Made by a program: the position numbers and the translations under genes. A stretch of DNA of 64,000 nucleotides from Ignavibacteriota bacterium (GTDB lineage Bacteria; Bacteroidota; Ignavibacteria; Palsa-1295), in NCBI GenBank assembly GCA_963787835.1, contig CAWBEI010000002.1, forward strand, positions 1,760,001 through 1,824,000. Direction: 5' to 3'. The notes below the pieces were generated by a model. That model saw only the letters and a list, made by a program, of their open reading frames with translations. It searched no databases and was not told where the DNA came from. Shown one piece after another: positions 38,859-48,500 of the stretch (positions are counted from its first letter, which is position 1; each line of letters starts with the position of its first letter).

Positions 38859-38906
38859 AACTATCCGCGTCATTCGCTCCCATCCGCGTCATCCAGGTTC
38901 AGATAA
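38859..38906 (-). repeat. GGAT-periodic repeat copy C (right IR)
   Basis: Reverse complement ttatctgaacctggatgacgcggatgggagcgaatgacgcggatagtt; one mismatch to B. Confidence 0.92.
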
Positions 38907-39499
38907 TGAAACTCACTTACGCCGAAATCCAGCATCAGCGTCTTACCGAAGAAGCCGCAGCCGCAAGCACCAACCGCCTTCCCGTTATTGCGATCCTTGA
39001 AGATATTCGCAGTCTCTACAACGTCGGCTCCATCTTCCGGACTGCCGATGGCGCGCACCTTGAAGCGATCTATACCGTCGGCTACACTCCGCATCCGCCA
39101 CGCAAGGAGATCGATAAGACCGCGCTGGGCGCAACGCGGACGGTGCCGCATAAGCATTTTGAGACTATAGAGGAAGCTGTTGCGGCGGTGCGGTCGGGGA
39201 ACCACCCCCGCGCATCGTCGACGATGCTTGCCCCCTCCTATTCCGCTTCGCTGCATAGGAGGGGGAGCTTTAAAGTAGCATCCCTTGAGATCACTTCCAA
39301 CAGCCGATCCATTTTTGAGTTGAAGAAAGAGGATTTCCCACTTGCTCTCATTATTGGGAATGAAATTACTGGAGTGAGCGATGCCGCTATTGGGCTTTCG
39401 GATTTCACGCTGGAGATACCGATGCTGGGAGCAAAACACTCGCTGAATGTTGCGGTGGCCTTTGGTGTGGCGGCATTTGAATGCGTGAGGGTTTATTAA
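38906..39499 (+). CDS. TrmH/SpoU-family RNA methyltransferase with an in-frame palindromic insertion
   Basis: ILEDIRSLYNVGSIFRTAD, IDKTALGA, IIGNEITGV, EIPMLGAKHSLNVAVA. Confidence 0.9.
   Translation: MKLTYAEIQHQRLTEEAAAASTNRLPVIAILEDIRSLYNVGSIFRTADGAHLEAIYTVGYTPHPPRKEIDKTALGATRTVPHKHFETIEEAVAAVRSGNHPRASSTMLAPSYSASLHRRGSFKVASLEITSNSRSIFELKKEDFPLALIIGNEITGVSDAAIGLSDFTLEIPMLGAKHSLNVAVAFGVAAFECVRVY
39200..39268. repeat. Palindromic repeat inserted in frame in the coding sequence
   Basis: aaccacccc-gcatcg tcga cgatgc-ccccctcctat...ataggaggggg-agc; 69 nt. Confidence 0.75.
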
Positions 39500-39502
39500 G
39501 TG

Positions 39503-39541
39503 AACCCTCACCCAGCCTCTCCCCCATGCTGGGAGAGGAGA
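39503..39541 (+). repeat. ccctcacc..cctctccc..gggagagg palindromic repeat / possible terminator
   Basis: accctcacccagcctctcccccatgctgggagaggag. Confidence 0.6.
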
Positions 39542-39587
39542 AGAAAAAAATAGTTGATGTTTTTTTTCGTATTTTTGGAGGTCGTCA

Positions 39588-42152
39588 ATGCCTTATTTTT
39601 CTATGTTCATGAAAAAAGAATTCTTTTTGGTCGGACTTTTTCTTTTAATTTCCAGTATTTCCAGTATTGCCAGTGCGCAGTGGCCCGCTGAGGGTGGGCT
39701 TGGCGGTTCGCCTGGAAACGGGGGGATGATACGGCAGCCCATGCCCGATGCCCCGTTAGTCAAATCCATCCCTCCGTTCCTTAAAGGCAACCAAACGCTG
39801 GCGGAAACGTGGAGCTCTACCATTGCAGCGTTCGGCAATAACCCAGACGGGATGACTGTTAATTGCTTTGCCGAAGATAGTGACAATCTCTATGTCGGCG
39901 GAGATTTCCTCAAATTCGATACAGTCCATACACAATTTATCGCCGGCTATAATCGAAAAACAGGATTGTGGTACGCACTCGATGCGGGTCTCGATAATGA
40001 CGTCCTTGCAATGGTCATGCATAATGGGAAGCTGTATGTTGGCGGATCGTTCAACCATGCGGGCAGCGGAGATAGCGTAGTCAATTACATCGCCATGTGG
40101 GATGGAACGTCATGGCATTCCCTTGCCGGAGGAATGAATGCTCAGGTGAACGCACTGGCTTTTATTGGCGACACGCTTTATGCCGGAGGTGATTTTACAC
40201 AAGCGGGTGGGAATTCCACCTCCTTTCTTGCATTTTGGGATGGCGCCTCATGGAACGAAGCTTCGATGGGAACTTCGTACCCCGTTCAAGCACTCTGTGC
40301 CACTCATGACAGCCTTTTTGTGGGAGGGAGTTTTCGGTATGTCGGGTCAGAAAGGAATAATAATGGCATCGTGGCCAATGGAACTGCAATGGTAAGAAAT
40401 GGAATCTGGACCGCTTTTGGACCAGGCTATAATAATTCCACGCTTGCGTTTTTTAACGGCAAGCTATGGGCGGGAGGACAATACTTTGCACTGGCTGATA
40501 ATAGCCTTACTGTAAATGGGATTGCCTATTGGGATGGATCGAACTGGAATGCCGTCTCTTCCGATACGATGGTTGGAATTGGAGGAGGCCAGGTCAATCA
40601 ACTCACTGTCCTTGGAGATAGTCTTATAGCCCTCGGCGAATTTAGTATGATGGACGGCGTTCCTGCGATGAATGCAGCGGTCATGCACAATGGAGCATGG
40701 TCCGAGCTTGGTGGAGGAATATATGGCTTTTGCAACGCAGCTATTTCCTTTAACGGGAGTCTCTATGTTGGCGGAGAATTCACAAAAGCAGGAACGGTAA
40801 GCGCTATGGGAATAGCATCGTATGCCAATGGCAGTTGGACCCCTTCTATACCTGCAGATCTTTTTTACAATGAAGTCGGCTGGCAGTCCGCAGAAGTTCG
40901 GGCAATCGCAACGACCGCTCGCTATGTGTTTATCGGCGGGAACTTCGTTTCGATCGCTCATCAGCCATGCAATCATGTCGCAGCCTACGATAAACAACTC
41001 GGTCAGTGGATCCCGCTTGGAGCCGGAGTAGATGGCACTGTCCGATCCCTTGCTGTTTCGGGAAATACCCTGATCGTGGGAGGAGAATTCACGCAGGCTG
41101 GAACAATTCCCGCGCGTCATATTGCGGAGTGCAATATTACTTCAAAAATATGGTCCGCGATGGGTGCAGGCGCATACCGGAGCGTCAATGCCTTAACCGT
41201 CGATTCCAAAGGGATGATCTATACTCCGATTTTTAATCCTTCTGTCAATAATATCTATTACGATGATATTGGTGTATGGGATGGGACTGGCTGGTCGCAA
41301 TTTGGCAATGGACTAAACTCCGGTTTTATCGATGCGATCACATGGATACAGGACACCTTATATGCTGTAGGTTCTTTCTCCCGAACGGACGATGGAACGA
41401 TCGTAAACGGAGTTGCCCAACTTCAGAATGGAATATGGGGTTCACTGAATGGTGGCCTTAATGCTGAAGCATATACTCTTACCGCTTCTGACAATAATCT
41501 ATATGTTGGCGGGGAATTTACTGAAGCAGACGGACAAGTCGATTCCGCGTTAGCCCTGTGGAATAATCAGACTCAGGAATGGAATCCCATCGGCGCGGCA
41601 GGATTCGATGGCCCGGTTCTCGCACTTGCTTCAGATGGCAATGGAGGCGTCTATGCCGGCGGCGAATTCAGCGAAGTTGCTCAAGTGGGTCGCGGCAATC
41701 TCGTTCATTGGAATGGCTCGGCTTTCGGGACGGTCGCTTCGGGCGTAAATAATACCGTTGCATCATTAGCCACCGATGAGAGTGCCCTTTATCCAGGAGG
41801 CTGGTTTACGGAAGCAGGGAGCACTACAAACACCAGCCTTCACTTCGGTGCGCTCGATGGAGCGGGAGCGAGCGTAAGCATTTCGCCATCGCCGGATGTG
41901 GCTTCTTTTTCTATATATCCCAATCCGGCTACTGGATCTTCGACGATCTCGGTTGATCTGGTTAAGGCTGGCAATATTCATCTCGAAGTATTTAACGAGC
42001 TTGGCGATCGGGTGCTGCTTATTGCGAAGGGAGTGTATCAGGCCGGTCCGCAAGAGTTCACACTTGATGCCTCGAAGCTGATATCCGGCATCTATTTTCT
42101 GCGGCTGACGAATGATGGAGTCAGTAGTATGGAAAATTTTGTGGTGCAGTAG
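39588..42152 (+). CDS. Large T9SS-secreted beta-propeller repeat protein
   Basis: Repeated LYVGGxFTxAG / WDGxxW units; IYPNP...SGIYFLRL CTD. Confidence 0.85.
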   Translation: MPYFSMFMKKEFFLVGLFLLISSISSIASAQWPAEGGLGGSPGNGGMIRQPMPDAPLVKSIPPFLKGNQTLAETWSSTIAAFGNNPDGMTVNCFAEDSDNLYVGGDFLKFDTVHTQFIAGYNRKTGLWYALDAGLDNDVLAMVMHNGKLYVGGSFNHAGSGDSVVNYIAMWDGTSWHSLAGGMNAQVNALAFIGDTLYAGGDFTQAGGNSTSFLAFWDGASWNEASMGTSYPVQALCATHDSLFVGGSFRYVGSERNNNGIVANGTAMVRNGIWTAFGPGYNNSTLAFFNGKLWAGGQYFALADNSLTVNGIAYWDGSNWNAVSSDTMVGIGGGQVNQLTVLGDSLIALGEFSMMDGVPAMNAAVMHNGAWSELGGGIYGFCNAAISFNGSLYVGGEFTKAGTVSAMGIASYANGSWTPSIPADLFYNEVGWQSAEVRAIATTARYVFIGGNFVSIAHQPCNHVAAYDKQLGQWIPLGAGVDGTVRSLAVSGNTLIVGGEFTQAGTIPARHIAECNITSKIWSAMGAGAYRSVNALTVDSKGMIYTPIFNPSVNNIYYDDIGVWDGTGWSQFGNGLNSGFIDAITWIQDTLYAVGSFSRTDDGTIVNGVAQLQNGIWGSLNGGLNAEAYTLTASDNNLYVGGEFTEADGQVDSALALWNNQTQEWNPIGAAGFDGPVLALASDGNGGVYAGGEFSEVAQVGRGNLVHWNGSAFGTVASGVNNTVASLATDESALYPGGWFTEAGSTTNTSLHFGALDGAGASVSISPSPDVASFSIYPNPATGSSTISVDLVKAGNIHLEVFNELGDRVLLIAKGVYQAGPQEFTLDASKLISGIYFLRLTNDGVSSMENFVVQ

Positions 42153-42160
42153 TATCCGTT

Positions 42161-42215
42161 GAAATTATGAAGTATGAAATGGGATCACGATCCACAGGAT
42201 TTCAGGATCAGGGAA
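42161..42215 (+). repeat. Heptamer plus GGAT-periodic repeat (copy of 545-607)
   Basis: See 545-607. Confidence 0.72.
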
Positions 42216-42460
42216 AAATAAATAGATTTTGTGGAACTGGTTGTAAGTTCATGAACAAACGAGGTGAGTTCATGAACTCCTGATGCAAAAAAAAATATTT
42301 TGGATCCAAAACAGGCGAAATTGGCTTGAAAATGAGGGTGTAGAAAGCTAACGAATGTAAATACGCTGTGTTCACGAATTTTATCGTCGAGCGAGAGGTA
42401 AGTTTATGCAATCTTAGCTGTTAGAATTCGGTTATTTAAAAAGCGAGCGTAAAAAGTTCG

Positions 42461-42468
42461 TATATTTG
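42461..42468 (+). promoter_or_regulatory. Bacteroidota-type -7 promoter element for the NlpC/P60 gene
   Basis: TATATTTG matches TAnnTTTG. Confidence 0.55.
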
Positions 42469-42669
42469 CACAAAGATGTTCCAAAGCATCTTTCGATGAT
42501 TTTCGAAGCTCCTCATCAAAACGGCTCAATTTGAGCATTTTTTGAAGAATTTCGAAAGTCTTCATCAAGTAGTTACGGGGATTAACGTCCCATTCATTTA
42601 CAACTAATATGGCATCGGCGAGGATAGTATCGGCAACGATCGTATCCGCGACGATGCTCACAACACCGC

Positions 42670-43707
42670 ATGATCCAAAAGACCATACGGCGTTTCGGAC
42701 TAATCCTGCCGCTATTGGTATGTGCCATGTTCCTCATGGCCGCCACAACGTCAGCGTCCGCAGCCCGTACTCACAAGATCGGGCGGCATGGGAAACATGG
42801 GAAAATCGCGCAAAACGCTCACCGTCGTCATGGTAAGCACTTTGCGAGGCTCTCCCGCCATCACGTTCCTCAGCGCCCGCTCACACTTAAGGAAAAGGAC
42901 GATATCGTTCTGAAGATCCGGACACTCGCCAAGAGCACCGCCGGAACGGATGAATCGTTATCTGTCGCAGCTACTATTTCGAATCCGGCCGCGAAGCCAT
43001 CCTCTGCGGATGACAGCATCATTGCTGCAGAAGCGAAATCTCCCGACATTCAATCGCAGATCGCCGAGGCCGCAAAAGAAGAGCGCGCCGAGGATGACGT
43101 TGATGTGTCACTCGATAAATTCTTCAAGGCACGTCCGGATGCTTCAACCACTGCTTCAAGTCAGGCTCTGGCCGATGCGCTCGACCCGACTGCCGCTTTG
43201 GAGCGCCAGCAGGATTTCACGCTCATCGACGAGACCGATCCGAACCATGCTGCCCAACGCTCGGATGTCATGGCGGAGATCATCAACTGGATCGGCACCC
43301 GCTACGAATTTGGTGGCGAAGATCGCGGTGGAATCGATTGTTCCTCCTTCACACGTCAGGTATTCGGCAAGGCATTTGGCCTCGATCTTCCGCGCACCGC
43401 ATACATGCAATCCCAGATTGGCGATCCTGTAAAGAAGGATCAATTGCAATTTGGCGATCTCGTCTTTTTCAAGACGGCCCGTTATGCTCCGATCACCCAT
43501 GTCGGTATCTACATTGGCGAAGGCCTCTTTGCGAATGCTGCCTGTTCACGCGGCGTGACAGTCGCTTCGCTCGAAAGCACGTACTGGTCGAAACACTATG
43601 TAGCAGCCCGTCGGATTTTGTCGAATAGTTCAACGGCTTCTCTCGGCGCTTCGATGGATAAGAGCGTAGCTTCGCAGTCTCTGGCGGTTGAAGGAAGCTC
43701 GAACTAA
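42670..43707 (+). CDS. NlpC/P60 (C40) peptidoglycan endopeptidase
   Basis: WIGTRYEFGG...GIDCSSF...LPRTA...GDLVFF...HVGIYIG. Confidence 0.92.
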   Translation: MIQKTIRRFGLILPLLVCAMFLMAATTSASAARTHKIGRHGKHGKIAQNAHRRHGKHFARLSRHHVPQRPLTLKEKDDIVLKIRTLAKSTAGTDESLSVAATISNPAAKPSSADDSIIAAEAKSPDIQSQIAEAAKEERAEDDVDVSLDKFFKARPDASTTASSQALADALDPTAALERQQDFTLIDETDPNHAAQRSDVMAEIINWIGTRYEFGGEDRGGIDCSSFTRQVFGKAFGLDLPRTAYMQSQIGDPVKKDQLQFGDLVFFKTARYAPITHVGIYIGEGLFANAACSRGVTVASLESTYWSKHYVAARRILSNSSTASLGASMDKSVASQSLAVEGSSN

Positions 43708-43730
43708 GTAAGCATTATAATTTTTGATAG

Positions 43731-43763
43731 GGCCCCAGTCATTTCAATGGCCGGGGCTTTTTG
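43731..43763 (+). terminator. Intrinsic terminator
   Basis: ggccccagtcat-ttca-atggccggggc-ttttt. Confidence 0.75.
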
Positions 43764-43834
43764 TATTTCCGGATCGAACCGAAATGATGCAATAAAGAGG
43801 ACGATTATGAACCGTGCGGCGTTACCTGACTTCT

Positions 43835-44314
43835 ATGTCCGAGCGCAAAGAAGTCGAGCGAAAACCGAGATCGCAGTCAATCAAGCCTATTGCCGAAAAC
43901 CGGCGTGCTCGGCACGATTATCTCATTCTTGAAGATATCGAGGTTGGCGTATCGCTGGTGGGTACGGAGGTCAAATCCCTGCGCCTTGGAAATATTCAGC
44001 TCTCGGATGGATATGCTCATATCGCTGGCGGAGAGTTGTGGCTGGACAACGTTCATATCGGCCCATACTCACATGGCAATCAATTTAATTTGGGAGAGAA
44101 GCGCCGCAGAAAACTTCTTGCGCACCGCCGAGAGATCAACCGGCTTATCGTAAAACTTCGTGATGCCGGATTAACGCTGGTACCGTTGAAATTGTACTTC
44201 AAAGGCGGAAAAGTAAAGTTACTGATCGGGTTAGCGAAAGGAAAGAAAGCTTATGATAAACGCCAGACGATCAAAGAACGAGATGCAAAACGCGAAATTC
44301 GTGAAAAGGACTGA
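43835..44314 (+). CDS. smpB: SsrA-binding protein SmpB
   Basis: NRRARHDY, LVGTEVKSLR, RKLLAHRREI, GKKAYDKR. Confidence 0.96.
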   Translation: MSERKEVERKPRSQSIKPIAENRRARHDYLILEDIEVGVSLVGTEVKSLRLGNIQLSDGYAHIAGGELWLDNVHIGPYSHGNQFNLGEKRRRKLLAHRREINRLIVKLRDAGLTLVPLKLYFKGGKVKLLIGLAKGKKAYDKRQTIKERDAKREIREKD

Positions 44315-44320
44315 TCCGAA

Positions 44321-44346
44321 GGGACTTTCGATACCAATTACCCGTT
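44321..44346 (+). promoter_or_regulatory. ECF-type promoter motif for tyrS
   Basis: GGGAC-N17-CGTT. Confidence 0.5.
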
Positions 44347-44358
44347 ATTTGTAGATCT

Positions 44359-45573
44359 ATGACATTTCCACCACTCAATGAACAGATGGATGCCATTCGC
44401 CGTGGCGCCGTCGATCTTATTAACGAGGAAGAACTTGCGAAAAAGATCGAACGCGCCACCGCGAAGTCCAAGCCTCTCATTGTAAAATTAGGAGCCGATC
44501 CCTCTACTGCCGATCTGCACATCGGACATGGTGTGGTGCTTCGAAAGCTTCGGACGTTTCAGGATCTGGGACATCAGGCTACGCTAATCATCGGTGATTT
44601 TACTGCAATGATAGGCGATCCATCGGGCCGGCAGAAAACAAGGCCGTTGCTTTCGAAGGAAGAGGCAGAAAGGAATGGACAAACATACATGGAGCAGGTG
44701 ATCCTCATCCTCGATCGTGAGAGGCTAAAAGTTCTCCATAACTCGATGTGGCTCAATCCGATGACGTTTGCCGATGTCATCAAACTTGCCGCAAGCTATA
44801 CGGTTAGCCAAATGCTCGAGCGCAACGATTTCCATGAGCGGTTCAATGCCGAGCAGCCTATTTCACTTCATGAGTTTCTCTATCCGCTTGCGCAGGGAAT
44901 GGATTCGGTCTCCATCGAGGCGGATCTCGAACTTGGCGGAACGGATCAGAAATTCAATCTTCTTGTTGGCCGCGAATTGCAGCGCCATTATGCTTTGGAG
45001 CCACAATGCATCCTGACTATGCCTCTGTTAGAAGGCACCGATGGTGAACGGAAGATGTCGAAAAGTTACGGGAACTCGATTAACTTCACCGATTCACCCG
45101 ATGAGATGTTCGGCAAGACGATGTCCATCCCGGATTCGATGATCTACCGTTACTACGAACTTGCGACCAGCGTAACGAACTTGTCTGCAATAATGGACGT
45201 GATCGAGGAAGGATCCGTCAATCCGCGCGATCTGAAAGTAAGCCTGGGGCAAGAGATCGTACGTGGTTTCTATGGTGACGATGCGGCACGCGAAGCATAC
45301 GAACGCTTCACGACGATGTTCGTGAAAAAGGAAGTGCCGGATGATATTGAAGAATATGTGGCACAGACAATTGGCCCGATCTCGCTTGTAGATTTTATCG
45401 TGGAGCGAAAACTTGCCGCAAGTAAAGGCGAGGCGCGAAGGCTGATCGACGGCGGGGGTGTTTCCATCGATGGCGAGAAGATCGCGGATAGCAAAGCAAC
45501 GTTCATTCCAAATTCTGATGGAACTGTTCTTAAAGTGGGAAAACGGAAATACTTGAAAGTAATTTCAGGATGA
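44359..45573 (+). CDS. tyrS: Tyrosine--tRNA ligase
   Basis: GADPSTADLHIGH, GGTDQKFN, KMSKS, C-terminal S4 domain. Confidence 0.96.
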   Translation: MTFPPLNEQMDAIRRGAVDLINEEELAKKIERATAKSKPLIVKLGADPSTADLHIGHGVVLRKLRTFQDLGHQATLIIGDFTAMIGDPSGRQKTRPLLSKEEAERNGQTYMEQVILILDRERLKVLHNSMWLNPMTFADVIKLAASYTVSQMLERNDFHERFNAEQPISLHEFLYPLAQGMDSVSIEADLELGGTDQKFNLLVGRELQRHYALEPQCILTMPLLEGTDGERKMSKSYGNSINFTDSPDEMFGKTMSIPDSMIYRYYELATSVTNLSAIMDVIEEGSVNPRDLKVSLGQEIVRGFYGDDAAREAYERFTTMFVKKEVPDDIEEYVAQTIGPISLVDFIVERKLAASKGEARRLIDGGGVSIDGEKIADSKATFIPNSDGTVLKVGKRKYLKVISG

Positions 45574-45580
45574 ACTGACC

Positions 45581-48500
45581 TTAGCTCTCTTCCCCTATAT
45601 CTGCGCGTGCTGGCAGATCTATGAAGAATGTGGTACCATGTCCGGGAGTGCTTTCTACTCGAATCGTGCCGGACATATCGGTGATCGTCTTTTTTACAAT
45701 AGCAAGACCAAGCCCCATCCCACTTGTTTTGGTGGAGAAATTGGGATCGAATACTCGCTTCAGTGTTTCTTCGGACATACCGTACCCCGTATCGCGCACC
45801 CCTATGTTGACCATCCCCTGATCGGCATGTGCACGAATGACGATCACGCCCCACCCCTCTATCGCCTGAATTGCATTGCGAAGAAGGTTCACAAATGCGC
45901 GGCGGAGTTCCTCTTCATCCGAATGCACGCGCGGTAAGTCCTTTGGGACATCAATAATAAATCGAATGCGGCTCCGTTCGGCATCGAAAAGAGCCACAGC
46001 GCTATCCGCGACCTTACGAATATCGACTGCACCCCATCGGCGGCGTGGCATAGCGCCGAAATGTGAGAACTCGGTTGCGATGCGGGTGAGTACGTCGATC
46101 TGCTCGCGCATGGTGCGAATAACGCGCCGGAAGATTGTATTGAAATTTGGGTCTTTCGCCTCGTGCGCGTGCTCCAAATGCTGGACCGAGAGCTTCATCG
46201 GCGTGAGCGGGTTCTTGATCTCGTGTGCAACCTGACGTGCCATTTCCTTCCAGGCAAGTTCGCGCTCCGTCTGTGCTACTATTTCGCGGCTTCGCTCCAG
46301 CTCATGGGTCATCGTATTAAAGGCTTCCATGAGATCGCCGATCTCGTCTTCCCGCGTTACGGGAACCCGTGTAGTAAGTTTACCCTGTGCCACGCGCTGC
46401 GTCGCTCGAATTAATTCCATGATCGGGGATGCAACTCGGGCCGCAAAGAGTGCGCCGATCCCAAGCAGTACGAGCCCCAGTGCTGCAAAGGTTCCATAAA
46501 TAAAACTTGTGGTTCTGGCTATCTCTGCTTCGACGCGCGGCTGTTCATCCATCAGAGCCAATACCGCCAAAACGTGAGATCCATCCCTGCTCGCGACGGA
46601 TTGGTACCCGACATCGTACAATTGCAGACCGATCTCAACAGAGCTTGTAAAGAACGATCGCTTTCCATAAATGACCTCTCGCACTGCTGTCGAGTTGAGT
46701 GTCGGTGAGAGTAGGGAAGACTCATAGAGTTCCGGTCTGCTGCTTGCCTTCAAGTGGCCATTAGCATCATAAAGGCTGAAATCACGGCCGATCACATCCG
46801 AGAGATAATTTACTTCTGATGACAGATCCCTTGCTACTAGCGAAGGGCTGGCTTGCTCGATCGATTTTGTCATGCGCTCCTTAATCACGGCGGCATCGCG
46901 AGCAAGCCGGTCCTGTCCCTCGACCTGGGCCCGCTCGGCAAGAAGGTTACGTGTCACGTTCGTTACCACGACCAGTGGCACGAGCGCGATCACCAACACG
47001 ATCAAAAAGATACGGTCACGAAAATGCAGGGTGAATCGCATCCGACGCAACGCAATCTGACGAACTATCAAAAGACTGACCACAATGAGCACTCCATACA
47101 GAAGGCCGATCGCGTTAAGGCGCAGGGCAAATTCCAGCGTTCGTGGAAATGCCGGCTCCGGAATGCTTACCGCAACGATCGCGGGTTGCACGGTGAGAGG
47201 CGTTGTGGTGCTAGGGTAATATAGCGTCCGGTAGCGCACCCCATTCACGATTGAATTAGCCCAAAGGCTTCCAGCGTGGGGCAATTGCTGTTGAATAGCG
47301 TTTGGAACGGTGGCGGGCACGTCGCGCGCCGGGCTATTGGTAACGCGTAAGATATTTGGGCGGTATTGTGCGATGATGAATTCATCGTTAGTTCCGTTGT
47401 CCCCAGCCGCTAAAGTGGTTCCCGGAAGGATCGAGATCCGTGCTCGGGTGTTCGCAAACGCTGGAAGTTCGCTCCAAAGTGCGACGGTCACGAAGAGCGA
47501 CCCTCCGGCGACGGTGGAAGTCGGCTCGCCAGACCGAACAAGCTTGGAAACGGACGTCGTATCCGTCAATCGGGTCCCACCGACTATGGCCGGCGCTCCG
47601 GATAACGTGAACGATGGAAGGATACGAATATCGGTATTGGATGTGTCCGCTGCAGGGGGATGACCATCTGAACTATTTCCGCGAGCGATCGGATGGCGCA
47701 ATGCCATCAATTCTGAATCGAGCGTAGGGCGAACGAGGTTCATCTCATTGAATGCTCCCTCGGTAGCGAAATGAGATTCCAGAGCGCCCGATGCGTCATA
47801 CAGGTCGATGCTTGCGTTCCACCAAGGATGATCTCTCATTCCTTGGAACCAAATAAGGAATGCTTTTTCACGAAATGCTGCAGTATCGTGACCGCTTGCT
47901 TCCCAATCGGACAGGTTTTTGCTAGCATTCTCTAATAGGTGTTCTGCTGCTTGTCGTAACTGGGGCGAATCCACCTCTGCATTCTCGCGGACGATGCGAT
48001 GCGCTGTGAGCTCATCGGCCAAGAACTGTTTGTCAGCGACCAAAGGGCTCATGATCATTGCGCTGACGGCAAGAATAAAGAGGATCGCACGGCTGGAGCG
48101 AGGTAATTTGTATAGGAACGAAGGGCCTTCTTCGGTTTGATCCAGCAAAACACTGTCGATCACAATAATGGAGACGCTCACTAAAAATGTGAGTGTCGCG
48201 AGCAAGGAACGAATGAGCAGGCTGGTATCCGTTAACGCAAAGGAATTGAATAACGCTACGGAAGCCGTAAGTAAGATCATAGAGACGCAGGATCCGATCA
48301 CGATACGGCGTCTTGGCGAGAGATGGCTTGATGTCAGATGGATCGTTGCTCGAAGGCCGAACGTCAGGATCAGGACAGAGACAAATAGATAAGCAACGCC
48401 AATTCCAAGAAATGAAAGCAGCATCATTAGACCTCCCGGTGAGGGAAGGACCTGATCGACATTCATGTATCGCAGTGTGCCATCTCGGACGATCGCTTCA

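Noticed and set aside
42470-42669. c-di-AMP or c-di-GMP riboswitch
   Set aside because: Consensus motifs not found by eye; kept only as an unassigned structured leader.
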